This document shows, piece after piece, positions 13,768-27,100 of a stretch of DNA of 64,000 bases; position 1 is the stretch's first letter, and every line of letters begins with the position of its first letter. Below the pieces are notes generated by a model. That model saw nothing but the letters and a program-made list of their open reading frames with translations, searched no databases and was not told the origin of the DNA. Both the position numbers and the translations under genes were made by a program. The DNA is from Oikopleura dioica (lineage: Eukaryota; Animalia; Chordata): NCBI GenBank assembly GCA_907165135.1, contig OU015569.1:7006001-7070000 (forward strand), given 5' to 3'.

Positions 13768-14551
13768 TTACATGATCGATCTTGATGCTGGTTGGTTGTT
13801 GTTTGACTCCGTCGATAGAAGAGCTTTGATCAGCTGTTTCTCCAGAAAGACACGAGTAGACTAAAATATTCAACATCGATTATTTCACGAAAACCATACA
13901 AATGTTAAGGAGAAAGAACGATGAAAGAACTTCCTGAGATTCTTAAGAAGCACGAAGTCAGACATTCGGATGACCGTATCTCGGATTACTTTCTCTTCGC
14001 GAAAGCGGCGATATACTTTTGATCTTCCCATCTTCTTGTAGAACTCGGACTCATCCAAATACTCGTCTGCAAATGAAAGAGGACGGGCATTCACTTTGTT
14101 TAAGATTTCATCTTTTTAGGGGATTTGAATTTTTGGAAATGAAAATCTCAAACGAACTCAGCTATTTAGATCATTTGAATTCCCTCGCAAAGGCCTGCTC
14201 AAACTTCTTCATCCTTCGGTTTTTCTTTTCGATCATTCTAGCGGCGCTGTCTGACTCGCGTCGCGCATCATGTTCGTTAGCTTCGCGCTTTTCCTCACTT
14301 TCTAACCGGATCTCCGCTGAACAAGTACTCATTAATGTCTGATAGACTGTAGGTCTACTAGACGGAAGACCTGCGCTAGGAATTCCGCCTGTGATTGGAT
14401 CAAAGATCACCTGTTACGCGGTGAAACTCCTCCAATGAGAAGGTAGTTGATCGCGGACGAGGAACTGGCGGCACAACTCTTGAATTTCGAGTAAATTGAC
14501 ATTTTCGATTCGATTTTTCAGAGCTTACCTTAGCTTTTGATCGCTCTTCAT
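13768..14551 (-). CDS. Hypothetical charged/coiled-coil protein, ~5 exons
   Basis: MKSDQKLR|VVPPVPRPRSTTFSLEEFHRVT|VYQTLMSTCSAEIRLESEEKREAN... joined by GT-AG introns; ORFs 14171-14410 and 13885-14094. No recognisable domain; 3' end uncertain. Confidence 0.5.
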
Positions 14552-15441
14552 GGTCACGGAACGAGGACGAACTGGCGAGAAGGTTCTAAACTTTCTAAGA
14601 GAAACAAAAATGCAGAAAGAAGTTGGCGCTTTTGCACCACGTGAGGGCACGAGAACGAATGAGGCACTAAGGAGCACTTTTCAGTGTCACAGAAAGAAAT
14701 TAGTAAAGCTGAGATAGAGAAGCAAAAGAAGAAAATTTGAGCTTACTAAGAGTAGAAGAAAGATAAATGCGCAAGGGCTGTGAGTCGGTCCCTCGCACAT
14801 GCAACTTTCTTCAACCTTTTGGTTTGAGACACTCGACGCGTGAAATCGTTTCCACTTTCCTACAGATTTTTCATGGGGGTTTAATGCGAAAAAAGCCTCG
14901 CTTTCATCGTTTAGAAATGGATTTTACCTGTTTCGAACTGTAGCCGTCTTCGACGAAATGTCAGTCTCCCTGGTTCTCAAAACGCTCTTTCCCATCTTAT
15001 AATTTTTACTTTGATTCGCAGAAGGAAACGAAGCCTATTTGCTACACCTGCTTCTCTCACTCAAAACCACGACATTTTTGAATTGACCAATTAGATTTAA
15101 AAATAAAGTCAGAATAACACGAATACATTAAAATTTGATATGCTTAAACTGACCTTGATATTGATGATATAACCGGGAATAATATGAGTAAGAAGTGGCC
15201 GCATTATTTGAACCTGACATTTTTGCGATTGACATTTGCTCCATTAGATGGAATTATGATTTTTCTGCAGCAGATTCGTTGAAAACTGGACGTTCGATCT
15301 GAATATGTATTCAGTGGCATTAAGAAAATGATTTTCCTTTCCCCAATTTATTTCACTGGCAATCGTAAAGATTCATTCACATAAAAATCAGAGAGAGCGA
15401 AAGCTTCAGCCGGTTGATCAACGAACAAAAGTTGGACAACG

Positions 15442-18400
15442 ATGGCGACGAACTCGCTCTTGCTGTTTTTGACGATACTAATCGGCAAAAACGCCGCGCA
15501 AAATTCCAGCAGAAAAGATGTCACAATTAAAGGGCAAGAGTTTACCGTTTTTCGTAAGAGATCGACTTGGGAAGACGCAGCACTCCTTTGCGCCGAAAAT
15601 GGTCTACAATTAGCGACGGTGAACAGTGCCTTCGAAGCAGCACGTCTTCAGACCATCGCCGGAACTTATACTTGGATCGGGCTCAAGTCGAACAATGCGG
15701 CTGCAGGACCCTGGCGATGGATTCATGGAGAAGTCGCCGAACGCGCAGATGTCTCGTGGGGACGTATTCAGCCTAATGAGAGAGCACAAGAAGCATGTGG
15801 CTATATCGCTACCAGCTCTGGAATCATTGGCGATACAACTTGCGAAAAGCGCTACATGGTCGCTTGCTCCCCCAATCAGTCACTCTCTCGAATGATTTTC
15901 GAAGAAACCACCAGCACAGAATTGCCAACGACCACTACTCCAGAGGCGACTACGTCTCTGCCACCTACGACGAGCACGACTACAACGGTGAAAATCCCCA
16001 TCGAGCAATTGCCAGCCGCCACATTTGGAAAGAATCTGGATCTCTCTGGTGCTGGACACCGCGGGCGAGTTCGAGATCCTCTCGTCTCTTTCCCTGGTCC
16101 CGTTGATGACTCGGCGACGAACAGAGAGGTTTTCGTTAACTACGACACTAATGGCGACACAATTACAGGATTCAGTGATACTATTGATCCAGAGATCGAG
16201 TACGTTGAAGCCGATGGAGTTTTTATGTTTTATCTCGATTACATGCAAAATCCAGAGGAGCATTGCAACAGTGACTGGCCTAACGATCTGACTCAGCAGC
16301 CGATGGGACTTGACAGTTGCTTAGATACTGATCCCCTCGTGCAACCCGATCCTTTCCCCGATACTGGTTACCACGAGTTCTCTCCCGAATGTCATGGAAC
16401 ACCTGGTGACTGCACTGCCAGTGATACCTGCTGCAACGTTCATCGAGGCATGAACTGGACCCGAGCAGTCTGCAAGTGCCGTGAATATGGAGGCGAAATC
16501 GCAACCCCGTACAGCGCAGTTCAGGATCAATATATGTACGATTTCATTCAGTCTATCTGGGAATATCGGTTCAATAGAAACAACTCACGGTACTGCCGTG
16601 ACGAGAACGGAGATACTCCCGGTACACTTGGAACAGATGATTGTCCGATCGTCCAAGAAGGTCTCACAACTGCCACCTGGGGTAATGAACTAATTTGGAT
16701 CGGTTACAACTTTGACCCTACAAACAATAAATACCAACTTGTTAATGGTACATTGATGAATCTCGATTATCACTACTGGGGTCTTATTGGAACTGGTATT
16801 GATGGCAGAAAGAGACGTGCTCTTGATGATATCAATATAGTAAGCCCTCAGCAAACTATCATCACCATCGATAATAGCCATATTAATGGCGGATCAGATA
16901 TCATTCTTGATTACGATGAATTGGGCACAGACCCCATTTGCATCGCTATAAGATACGACGTTGACGACCAAGATCCTACCGCGCCTCACAAATTGCAATG
17001 GATGGAACGTGATTGTGGTCGAGCAAAGTCCGTCATGTGTGAAGTAGATTTCCGTGAAACCCAGAATTGCCGTTTCGGAAATATTCCTATGAATCATCCA
17101 GACTACGACGAACTCACTAAGATTACAACAGATGCCTGGTCAGCAGCACCAGATCCCTGCACAAACTGGCAAAAGTGTGAGGGGGGTGAAATCGTCAATG
17201 GTACTTGTGCAATTAACGAAAAATTTGACACAGTCCTTCGAATGTGTATGCCTGCAATTACTCAGGAGCCTTGCAACATCAACGAGTGTAATGTAACCAA
17301 TCATGTCTGCACCGGGGACAATATGCATTGCGAGGATACAATTGGATCGTATGCCTGTATTTGCGATCCTGGATATCAGTGGAATCCAGAAAAAGCTTCT
17401 GTTACTGACGCATTGAATCCAAATGGACGAGAACCTTCTCCAGATAACAATTTCTGGGTTTGGCCAGTTGGAAGTGACCCATCAGATCCAAGTTATGTTC
17501 ATGACGATAGTGGACTCTACGATCCAAACCAGGGTGACATGTGTATTGATCTCGATGAATGTTTTGTGAATGAATTTACTTGTCCCGCCAATTCTGAGTG
17601 CAGCAATCTGGATATAGTCACCACTGGACGACCGTATGAATGCGTTTGCTCTAATGGCTACGTTCCTGTGTATAATATGACACAAAATACGACCGACGCG
17701 AACGGAGTCAACTACTACGACGTCGTTTCGTGTGAAGATGTTAATGAGTGCGATTGGGGCAATGTAACATGCTCTGCTGTCACGATGTGCGTCAACACTG
17801 ATGGAAGCTTCCACTGTGGCTGTGAAGTTGGATACACCACTGATCCCGCCTGCAACGCATGCATCGGAAACGCAACAGCTGATGGATTCGCCACAGACGC
17901 CAATCTGTGCTCTGCAGAAACAGCAGCCGCTGGAATCTCCAATTGCTGCGGCAATATCAATGAATGTGAAGATCCAGTCCTCAATCTTTGTCCAGTCAAC
18001 TCAGACTGTATCGATAACGATGGAAGCTTCTTTTGCGACTGCCATAATGACCTTGAATACATTAATACTGACAATTATGTTTGCGAAGACAAGGATGAGT
18101 GCAGCAACGCCACGTGGAACGGATGCGATCCAAATTCTGTCTGTCAAAATTTGGACCCAAGCTACATCTGCAATTGTAACCCCGGTTACGATAATTGCGC
18201 GAATCCTTTCCAAGAAATTTCTGGCACTTGCTGTGAAGATCGCAATGAATGCGAAAAAGACGCACCTTGTGGTATAAACGCCGACTGTACCAACTTAGTA
18301 GGACTTCATACTATTTGGGGCGATGATCTTATTGAGCGACTTATCGGATATTACTGTAACTGCTCGGATGGTTTCGCGGGCGAAGCTTACAATGCATGTT

Positions 18401-21400
18401 TTGACATCAACGAATGCGACAATAGCACGACAAATGCATGCGACGAGGAATCTACCTGTATCAACACAAATGGAAACTATATCTGCACTTGTAACCTAGG
18501 TTACACATTGAATGGAGATAAAAATGAGTTCTACGATGGAACTGACCTCTCTGACTGTATTGATCTCGATGAGTGTCTCACAGATGATTTCAACGACTGC
18601 GATGGAAATGCGACTTGCACTAATACCGATGGAAGTTTCACTTGCGCTTGTAATCCTGGATATGAAGGCGACGGCAAAACATGTCTTGATATTCAGGAAT
18701 GTAATGATCCCCGTGATAATAACTGCGACACAGGAATTATACGACCGATTCTCTCGGATATTGCTGGAATCTGCGTCAACGAAAATGGTGGCTACACATG
18801 CGAATGCCCTGAGGGATACACTGGAAACGCATTGAGCAGCGTTGACCCTATGGGAGAAGGTTGTTCCGATGTAGATGAGTGCGCGTCGAATCCTTGCCAC
18901 GCAGATGCTGTTTGCACCAACAATGTTGGAAGTTTTGAATGTGAATGTGCCACTGGTTATAAAGAGACTGCACCTCTCCCTGCTCAAGAATGCGTAGATA
19001 TTGATGAGTGCACGGAAGTTGTTGGTGTCTGTCACGAAGACGCAGATTGCGCTAACGATGTAGGATCTTATACCTGCACTTGTATTACTGGTTACTCTGG
19101 AGACGGGCAATTCTGTTCTGATATCAACGAATGTGCTGATGATGCTTCAAACGACTGCGATTCGCTTGCGGATTGCCAAAACACCGACGCGAGGTACCTG
19201 ATCACTATCTACATTAACAATTGACGTTAATTTAAGTTACACATGCACTTGTCCGGATGGTTACGATGCCACCGGATCTCCAGCAGGAGCATCATGCGAC
19301 GAAATCGATGAATGCGCCGCTACTCCGGGTCCATGTGATGCTGATGCTACATGCACGAACTATCCTCCAGGAAGCTACACTTGTACTTGTGATCCTGGTT
19401 TCTCTGGAAATGGAGAAATCGGAAATTGTACAACTGTAAATGAGTGCACTGACAACCTCCATAATTGCGACCCACTTGCTGAGTGTACTGACACTGAAGG
19501 AAGCTTTGAATGTGCTTGTATTGATGGCTACTATAGCCTTGGAACTCCTCCTGCCAGATCAGGAGATTGTTTCGACATCGATGAATGCTTGAATCCGGCT
19601 GACAATAACTGTCATCAAAATGCCACTTGCACGAATCTTGTCCCACCAGATAGATTTTCTTGTGCCTGTAATGCTGGCTTTGTCGGCGATGGATTAACAT
19701 GTACTATTCCTGACGAATGCGCTGATAACTCGCATAACTGTGATCCACGAGCGGAATGTACGAAAGAACCTGGTCAGACCGGCTTCACTTGTACTTGTCT
19801 CACTGGATATACCGACGTTCTTACTCCCGATGGCCAAACACTTGCTGCGCTTATTCCAGGTCTTGCCTGTACGGACATCGACGAATGTGACATTACACCC
19901 TCCGTTTGCACAGACAATGCTCTTTGTACTAATACTGTAGGAAGTTATTCCTGCGGATGTGAAGACGGATACCAGGGACCCGACCCAGATACATGTGAAG
20001 ATATTGATGAGTGTGCTACTTCACCTGATCCTTGCGCTGCCGAGGCTACGTGTACAAATAATCCAGGTTCTTTCACTTGTGCTTGTCCTACGGGTTACTC
20101 AGGCAACGGATTTATCTGCGAAGACATTGACGAGTGCAGGGTTCTTCCAGATACTGGATGTGATGATGGAGCAAATTGTATAAATTCTCCTGGCTCATAC
20201 AGCTGCCAGTGCAGAACCGGTTATGACAGCGTAAACGGAACAGGGACAACTGGCGACTGTCAACCAAAGAATGAGTGCCTTGACACTCCCTGTCCCGTCG
20301 TTGGTGGTATTTGCACTGACTTGCCTCCAGACCAGAATGGATATATTTGTACTTGTCAAGATGGCTATCAATACATTCCCGACATAAACTTCTGCGAGGA
20401 TATTAATGAGTGTAACGAGGTTCCATGCACTGCAGGGGCTGAGTGCACCAATACCGACCCAGGTTTTGAATGTTATTGCGCAAATGGATTGGTTCAGTCG
20501 AACGGAACAGGTCTTTTCTCGTTCGCAAATCCACTTGGTGACTCAACCTGCGATGACGTAGACGAATGTACTCTTGGAATCAGCAGTTGTAATTTGACAA
20601 CATCTATCTGTGTCAATACTTATGGAAGCCACCTTTGCTATTGCAAACCGGAATATGCTGATGACGGGTTCGGAAACTGTGTCGACAAAAATGAATGTGA
20701 TTTGGGCCTTTGTCCTTTCCCGCAATCACCAAATGGAACTGACCTCTGTGTCAACTTCGAGGGAGGATATCAGTGCTTCTGTCCGGATGGATTTGATGGC
20801 AACGTTGTTGTCACTCCTCTTGCTCTTGACACAGTCGAAGGACAAGTAGTAACTGCAGAAGGTATAAAATTTTGATGAACAAAATTAAGAAAATTTTAGC
20901 AACCGTCTACGAGTGTGGAGACAGAAATGAGGTTAAATTAAACATGAATTAATTGAATATGAACTCTAAATTAGTGCGTTATCCAAACTGGCGTTGATTG
21001 TCCTGTCAATAGTGCGTGCACCAATATTCCCGGAGGAGCTTCCTGCGCTTGTGATGAGGGTTTCGAGAATGTCCAAACAGATCCAACCCAATTTCCTATA
21101 TGTCAGAACATTAATGAGTGCGCAGGTGCCCATCTCTGCCTAGCATCAGCCACTTGCGTTGATCTTGAAGGTAGCTACAGATGTCAGTGCCCGACGGGTT
21201 ATGAAGGAGACGGAGTCAATTTTTGCGAGGACGCTGATGAATGTGCTATTGCTGCTGCATCACGAAGAAGACGACAAGTGATATTTAAATCGATTTTCAA
21301 TCTTTACTTAGAATTTTAGGCTGAAAACTTTGATAATACTACACAAACTGTCGATGGCGCTCAGTGTGATCCAACAGCAATTTGCTTAAATACAGATGGC

Positions 21401-22708
21401 AGTTACACTTGTCAATGCCCACTTGGAATGATGGAAGATCCAACGACACGACAGTGCCTCGATATCGATGAATGTTCAAGTGGAACTCACAACTGCTTGG
21501 CAGATGAGTTCTGTTTGAATTTCCCTGGATCTCATTCTTGCTTCCGTGTGTATAAAACATAAATCTAAAAGTTAATCGTATTTAGAACTGCCAACAACTA
21601 CGGCTCAGCCAGCTATCGAAGGAGATCCTCATATTCGGGTAAGATTAAATTGTCTTGTTCAGTTATAATCTATTGCACCAATTGACCTCGATACTGACCT
21701 CAATCGCACCAAGACTAATGAATCTTTTGCATTTAATTTAAATTGCTCGCGACAAATAATTGGTGTGAACGCACTTGGTGTTGAAGTCAAAATGCGACCC
21801 CCATATAATATATATGATATGGGCCATATTTATCTGAAAATATTTCATTATAGGTCTCGGCACCACACGAGGAGCCGGTTTGTTTCGATGTCTCTGATGA
21901 TAATGAGTCAGTTTTATCCCTTATCTCTGAGGGACCAGAGGGAGTTCAAGTCAACGGACAGGTACTCATTTACAAATAATTCTTGCTAGCATTATTCTTT
22001 CAAGGTCTTTGAAGAAGGAACTAAAGGAAAAGTTTGCCGACTTGAAACTGTTGGCATAGTTTCCCCTGGTGGAGTTCAGGTGGCTGTTTACGTTGATCAA
22101 GTCACAATTGGTCGAGAAGGACAGGTAAAATTCAATATTTAATAAAAACATTCTTAAAACTTATTTCAGGTTTACCAACGATTCTATTACGATCGGGATG
22201 CGGAATATGGAATGGACGATGTCCACATCGAAGTTCATCCAGCTGAGAAGGGCAAAAATCCGCATCGGGGCGTGCTCGTCTCTATCGGACATTCAGGCGA
22301 CATTCGATTTAATGTCGAGTACAAGCGAGCGAAGAAGTCTGCTTCCCTGAACGTTGAGAGAGGAAGTGGTCTCAAAGAAAGACTCACAGGGGTACTTGGC
22401 TCGACAATGCACGGAGAAATTAACTACCACATGAGCAAATCGGGAGGAATTGTTCTTCCTAGTGGAAAGTAAGGCTCAGTCGTAAATGGACTTATATAAT
22501 TACATCTTTTAGGGAAATCCCAGTTACCATGGTCAACTGGAATGTCCACCACAAGTGCCACAAAATGGAAGCATCGATGGTAGAAGATTTCCTAGGGCAC
22601 GCAATCTCAGACTTCCGCGTTGAGGGTCTCTTTGGAGCACCAAGCGAAAAAACAACGAGCTGGATGAGCGCTATCTTAGATGTATTTGGATTCCCCAAAA
22701 GGAGATAG
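15442..22708 (+). CDS. Large secreted mosaic protein: signal peptide, 2 C-type lectin domains, Thr-rich linker, peritrophin-A/CBM14-like domain, 27 calcium-binding EGF repeats, ITIH-type C-terminal (GDPH) domain
   Basis: Hydrophobic N-terminus; WIGL and WIGY lectin motifs; repeated D-[IV]-[DN]-E-C...C-x-N-x2-G-S-[FY]-x-C-x-C units. Terminal exons translate as EGDPHIRVSAPHEEPVCFDVSDDNESVLSLISEGPEGVQVNGQ...DFRVEGLF; stop TAG at 22706-22708. Confidence 0.9.
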
Positions 22709-22963
22709 ACTATCTCAGATAGTTCTCTAACTTTATTTGATATCGTGAGGATCAAAACCAAATCAAATATTTTGTAAAAACCACCTCTGAAGCTGTACAT
22801 ACCTCGATCGCACGCTCACAAACCTTTCTCATCTGTTAATAAACAGCCAAATTTTGATAAAAATATTTTTCTCTAAATTTATTATTCTAAATTGAGTTTT
22901 ATAATGAAGAAATTTTAAATGAACAATGTACATTGTGTGAACATTAGTAAAAATTAATAAATA

Positions 22964-24034
22964 CTATTTATAAGGAACAGTGCAAATAACATCTGTATAC
23001 TTCTCATAAAAACGTCTCATAAGACTTTGCATCGAATCGCGCGATGCCTTTTCTTGTTCGAAAGTAGCATCATCTTTCGTTTCGTCTGTTGCGTTTATGA
23101 ATTTCATGACTTCATCTGGCGAGTAACCGAACAAGACGAAATCCAGGTAATAGTGGCGGTAGATTTTTTCGCAGTTCCTCGAGGGACACTCTGCCATTTT
23201 AACTCATCTGCTTTGGCTGGAGACCAAGCGTATTTCTCTCCCAGTTTCACATCCTCGCCCAAACCGAACATTTTCATGATAACCTCAGACTCTTCTCCGC
23301 TGTTCTCAAGGTGCGTGATGATGTTGTAGTCTATTGCGCATGGGTGGCATTGCGAGAAAGTGGAAGTCCAGTGGAAGTTCATTTTGCTGTTTCCGGGATT
23401 AGCCGCAACATACTGCGCAAAAGCGGTGAAAGAGTTATTCATTCCTTGCGGCGGGTTTCCCAATGCTTCTTGAAAAGGCTTCACGCCGCGCCAGTACGAA
23501 AGGTAGCTCGAAGTCACTCTTTGCTTGTCTCCCCACGCAGAGTATAGTCGAGAAAAAGGGTTTCGAACATTTGCTATTCGGAATCTATTTTCTTTGAACT
23601 TGCTTGATCTCGTCTCGGTCGCTTTTCTCAGCTTTTCAAGGTCTACTCGCGGCAGAATTTTATACATGCTATGACCAAGTAGCTCTTTCGGGTTATAGTT
23701 TTTCTGAGTGTGGTTCAGATACACAGCTGACATCGCTCTTTGCCAATTAGTCGTCCCTAGGATAATATGTTAAAAAGTTATAAGAAAAGCAGCTGTAGCT
23801 ACGTGGATCTCTCCGCATCTTACTAACCACACTTTGGAGGAAGACAAATCATCAGATTCAAAGGGCTTGTGATATCGAAAACGTGCGATTTCCGATTGAC
23901 ATTTGAAGAACAGTGATGAACGTTTTTAGAGACAGAGGACACAAAATTTGTATCGTGAATCCGGCGATGGAAAAAGATGAGATCCTCAAACGTTTTTGTC
24001 TCATTTTGTGCGAGCGCTTCAAGCTCAGGAAGTA
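22964..24034 (-). CDS. Carbohydrate sulfotransferase module (Sulfotransfer_2; CHST8-14/HNK-1ST family), probably the C-terminal half of the fusion gene starting at 27546
   Basis: 5'-PSB motif CLPPKCG|TTNW across intron 23757-23827; 3'-PB motif VRNPFSRLYSAW; HW...CHPCAIDY and YYLDFVLFGY. One apparent frameshift in the T6 run at ~23164-23169. No signal anchor of its own. Confidence 0.85.
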
Positions 24035-24131
24035 CTTTTAAGGGATAAAAATATTAGCATATTTTAGGAATTCCAACTATTTGAAAAATATTATCAAGAA
24101 GATTCTGCAGAGGTTGTTTGGCAAAGATTAC

Positions 24132-27100
24132 GATCCGTTCCTGAGCACGATTTTCGCATTATTTCAACTCTTTTTTCAAACGTTTTTTGAATTTCTTCAG
24201 TTTTCGAGAAATCCTTCCTTGCGTCATCACTATCATTGTCTTCGGTAATTACAAAGTCCAGATTAAGCTTGTTAGATAAAACTCCGTTCGTTGTTCTTTC
24301 CACAAGAACGTTACGACTCCACGTAGACATTGTCGAGAAAATAAACGTGTCCGAGAGAAATGACAATTCTTGGCTGAGCAGCGAGTACTCAAATGGCTCC
24401 AGATCATCCAGCGTCTTGTCTTTAATAAATTTGATGATATCCTCGTCGGTGTACACTTTCAGAGGATGAAGAGTCTTTTAGAACGCTTGCGAATTCTTCA
24501 TCAGAAGGCGGCGTGAATATTATCAGGACGCGAATTTCTGCCGATTTTAGATGCTCCTAAAGCCAAAGTAAAAATTGCCACTGTCGAAACTTATGATTAC
24601 CTTCAGAGACTGACAGAAAAGCTGGGGATTAACGCGAATCTCCCGAATTTTCTGAATGACCTTTTCGTAATCCTTTCGGACTTTCATGAAATCCTTCGCG
24701 TCGTATCTCCAGTGAAGTGCACCAAATTTGTCTATTCTCATCCCTTTCAATATGTCAACGGCACTTTGTTTTAGCTTCAGCGGCCGACTGGTCGCACTAG
24801 AAAAAAGATTATCCCGCCATGTTTTCTTTTACTCCGGTTATCGCGGTGCAGACTACTACTCGGGATTCGTGGATGCAACTTATTCAAATACTAACCTGAC
24901 AATTTCTTTCCCAAGTTCGTATTCGCTCGAATTAATTTGGTTAACATCTTGAGAAAACTCTTTCCAGTTGATTAGGTAAAAAGGATTTTCGAGAATAATG
25001 CACTTTGCGTTGCTGAAGCGTGAAATACTTTGACGCACAGCCTGCGCAAATTTCGGTAGGCTCAAGTTTTTTGACGTGAACGTGAACCTCCTCGCCTTCT
25101 TAATTTGATCATCCGAAATCCCGAGCCAGTCCAAACTTTTCTTCCTGTATTTCGGGAAGTCACCGGCAGAAAAATCAACAACTACTTCCAATTTTCCATC
25201 GCACAAGTCGCTCAATTTGTGCCCAGCATCTTAATGTGATTGCGCTGATTCCGCCATTGGGCAAGAATAAATACTCACGAACAACATGGAAATGTCTTTC
25301 TAGTGCGAAAGTATCGATAACGTCATCTGGACTGAGTAAACCTCTAGAAGTGTCGGCTGTGTAGTGATCGAAAAATGCAGGCAGGATGAGCTTAACATAA
25401 AAATTGATTTCGCAAATTTCGTGCTGACTTTCCGTGCACCCAAAAGTTTTAGCCCAGAGTCACTTTGCCGTTACATTTTCGCTACTACCCCGAAGATCAA
25501 GAGCGAAAGATAAAATACCAAAATTGGAAACTTTCCAATTTACGTTGAAACTAGAATAGGTGTTTCAGGATGGTTTTAGAGTCGCCAAAATATGCGGTCG
25601 TAAGTTGTCACCTGGGAACCAGGTTCCATGATTAGAAAATTTTGCCAATCTGGGAACCTGGTTCCAAGATTCGATTTTATTTCTAATCTGGGAACTTTAG
25701 TTCCTAGATTGAAAAATTTTCGAATCTTGGAACCAAGTTCCCAGGTGACAACGACGGCCTGCCCCAAAGTCGGTCGCGAATCTTGGAACCTCATTATTTC
25801 ACTGATTGTGCTGATTCTAGATGCACAATCTCTTTTTATGTTATTATTTGTAGTGAATTTCGCACAAAATTGGCTAATTATGACCATGATTAAATGAAGA
25901 ACCCTGTTACTTTTACCTTGGAAAATCCGCCCCTCGCGTTAAACTGTTCTGTGTTTTTGCCGAGTGACCCTTATTAGTGTTTAACTCTAATTTCGAATTG
26001 AACAAATCTCCAAATGAATTAAACTTAAGAACAATATTAACCTTACAAACCTAACAGTCAATGAGCGGGAGTGCGCTCCGCGCCTGTCTCTAGGGTCGGA
26101 CCCCTTACTAAGGTTTCCTTAGTAACTAAGGGTAAGGGTTTTGAAACTGATGAAAATCAAGAAAGGCCTAAGGAAGGACTAAGGGCCTTCCTTACTAAGG
26201 CCTTAGTAACCTTAGTAAGGATTTGATGTAGTTCGTTTTGCAAAAATGTTCTTATTGATAAAAATGCCAGTTATTTTAGTCAACGACCCTTTATTAAGAA
26301 CGATTGGGTATTTATCTTGCTGTCAGTAAGTTGAGACATTTTTATCAAATTCCTTCATAACTTGTCCTTAATTCATTTCCTTACTAAGGCTTTTGTAAAG
26401 GCTTTTTTATAAAAGCGTTCTTGAAATGCGTAGGCCGTCGAAAAAATCCTTTTTAAAATCCTTAGTAAGGAAAGGAATTAAGGAAAAATCGCTAAGGTTT
26501 GAAGATCCTTACTAAGGATCTCTGAAAACTAAGAAAGGAACTATGGTAAGGATTTTTTTCAGCCGAAATCCGAAAAAGGGTAAGGAAAAAATCCTTACCT
26601 TACTAAGGAAAGGACCCTTAGTAAGCAAAAAAATAAGGAAGGAAGTCCGACCCTAGCCTGTCTTACAGTAAATCTCAGGTTTGACAGTGTCAAAACGGGA
26701 AAAAATCATATTTTTGCAAAGAAAAGGTTCCAAGATTCGCTTTACTGGCCGTCGTTGTCAACTGGGAAATTGGTTCCCAGATTCGAAAATTTTTCCAATC
26801 TTGGAACTTTTGTTCCCAGATTAGAAAAAAAATCTAATCTTGGAACCGGGTTCCCTGATTGGTAAAATTTTCTAATCTGGGAACCTGGTTCCCAGGTGAC
26901 AGCATACCACCAAAATATGCGGAACCAGGATGGGCATGTTACACGCTCCATGAAATTAGCGGCGAGTCGTGTTTTATCTTGGAGTTCTACAAAACACGGA
27001 ATAACATGAGGACCCCCTTCGGAAATAACAAATTGTAACGCTGAATCACCCTAAAGTTTTTTGTTAATGAATCCTATCTAAAATTGACTGGAAATTCTCA

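Noticed and set aside
18496-19110. 204-aa antisense ORF and other shadow ORFs over the EGF gene
   Set aside because: By-product of codon bias in the Cys/Asp/Asn-rich sense frame; no domain features.
25607-25790. Regularly spaced palindromic repeats resembling a CRISPR array
   Set aside because: Spacers are only ~16 nt and AT-rich, the array is mirrored at 26726-26900 as a TIR with a TSD, the context is a eukaryotic intron, and there are no cas genes.
26744-26756. ACTGGCCGTCGTT matches the M13/lacZ primer site
   Set aside because: Only 13 nt, and it is mirrored in the left TIR (AACGACGGCC), so it is part of the element rather than vector contamination.
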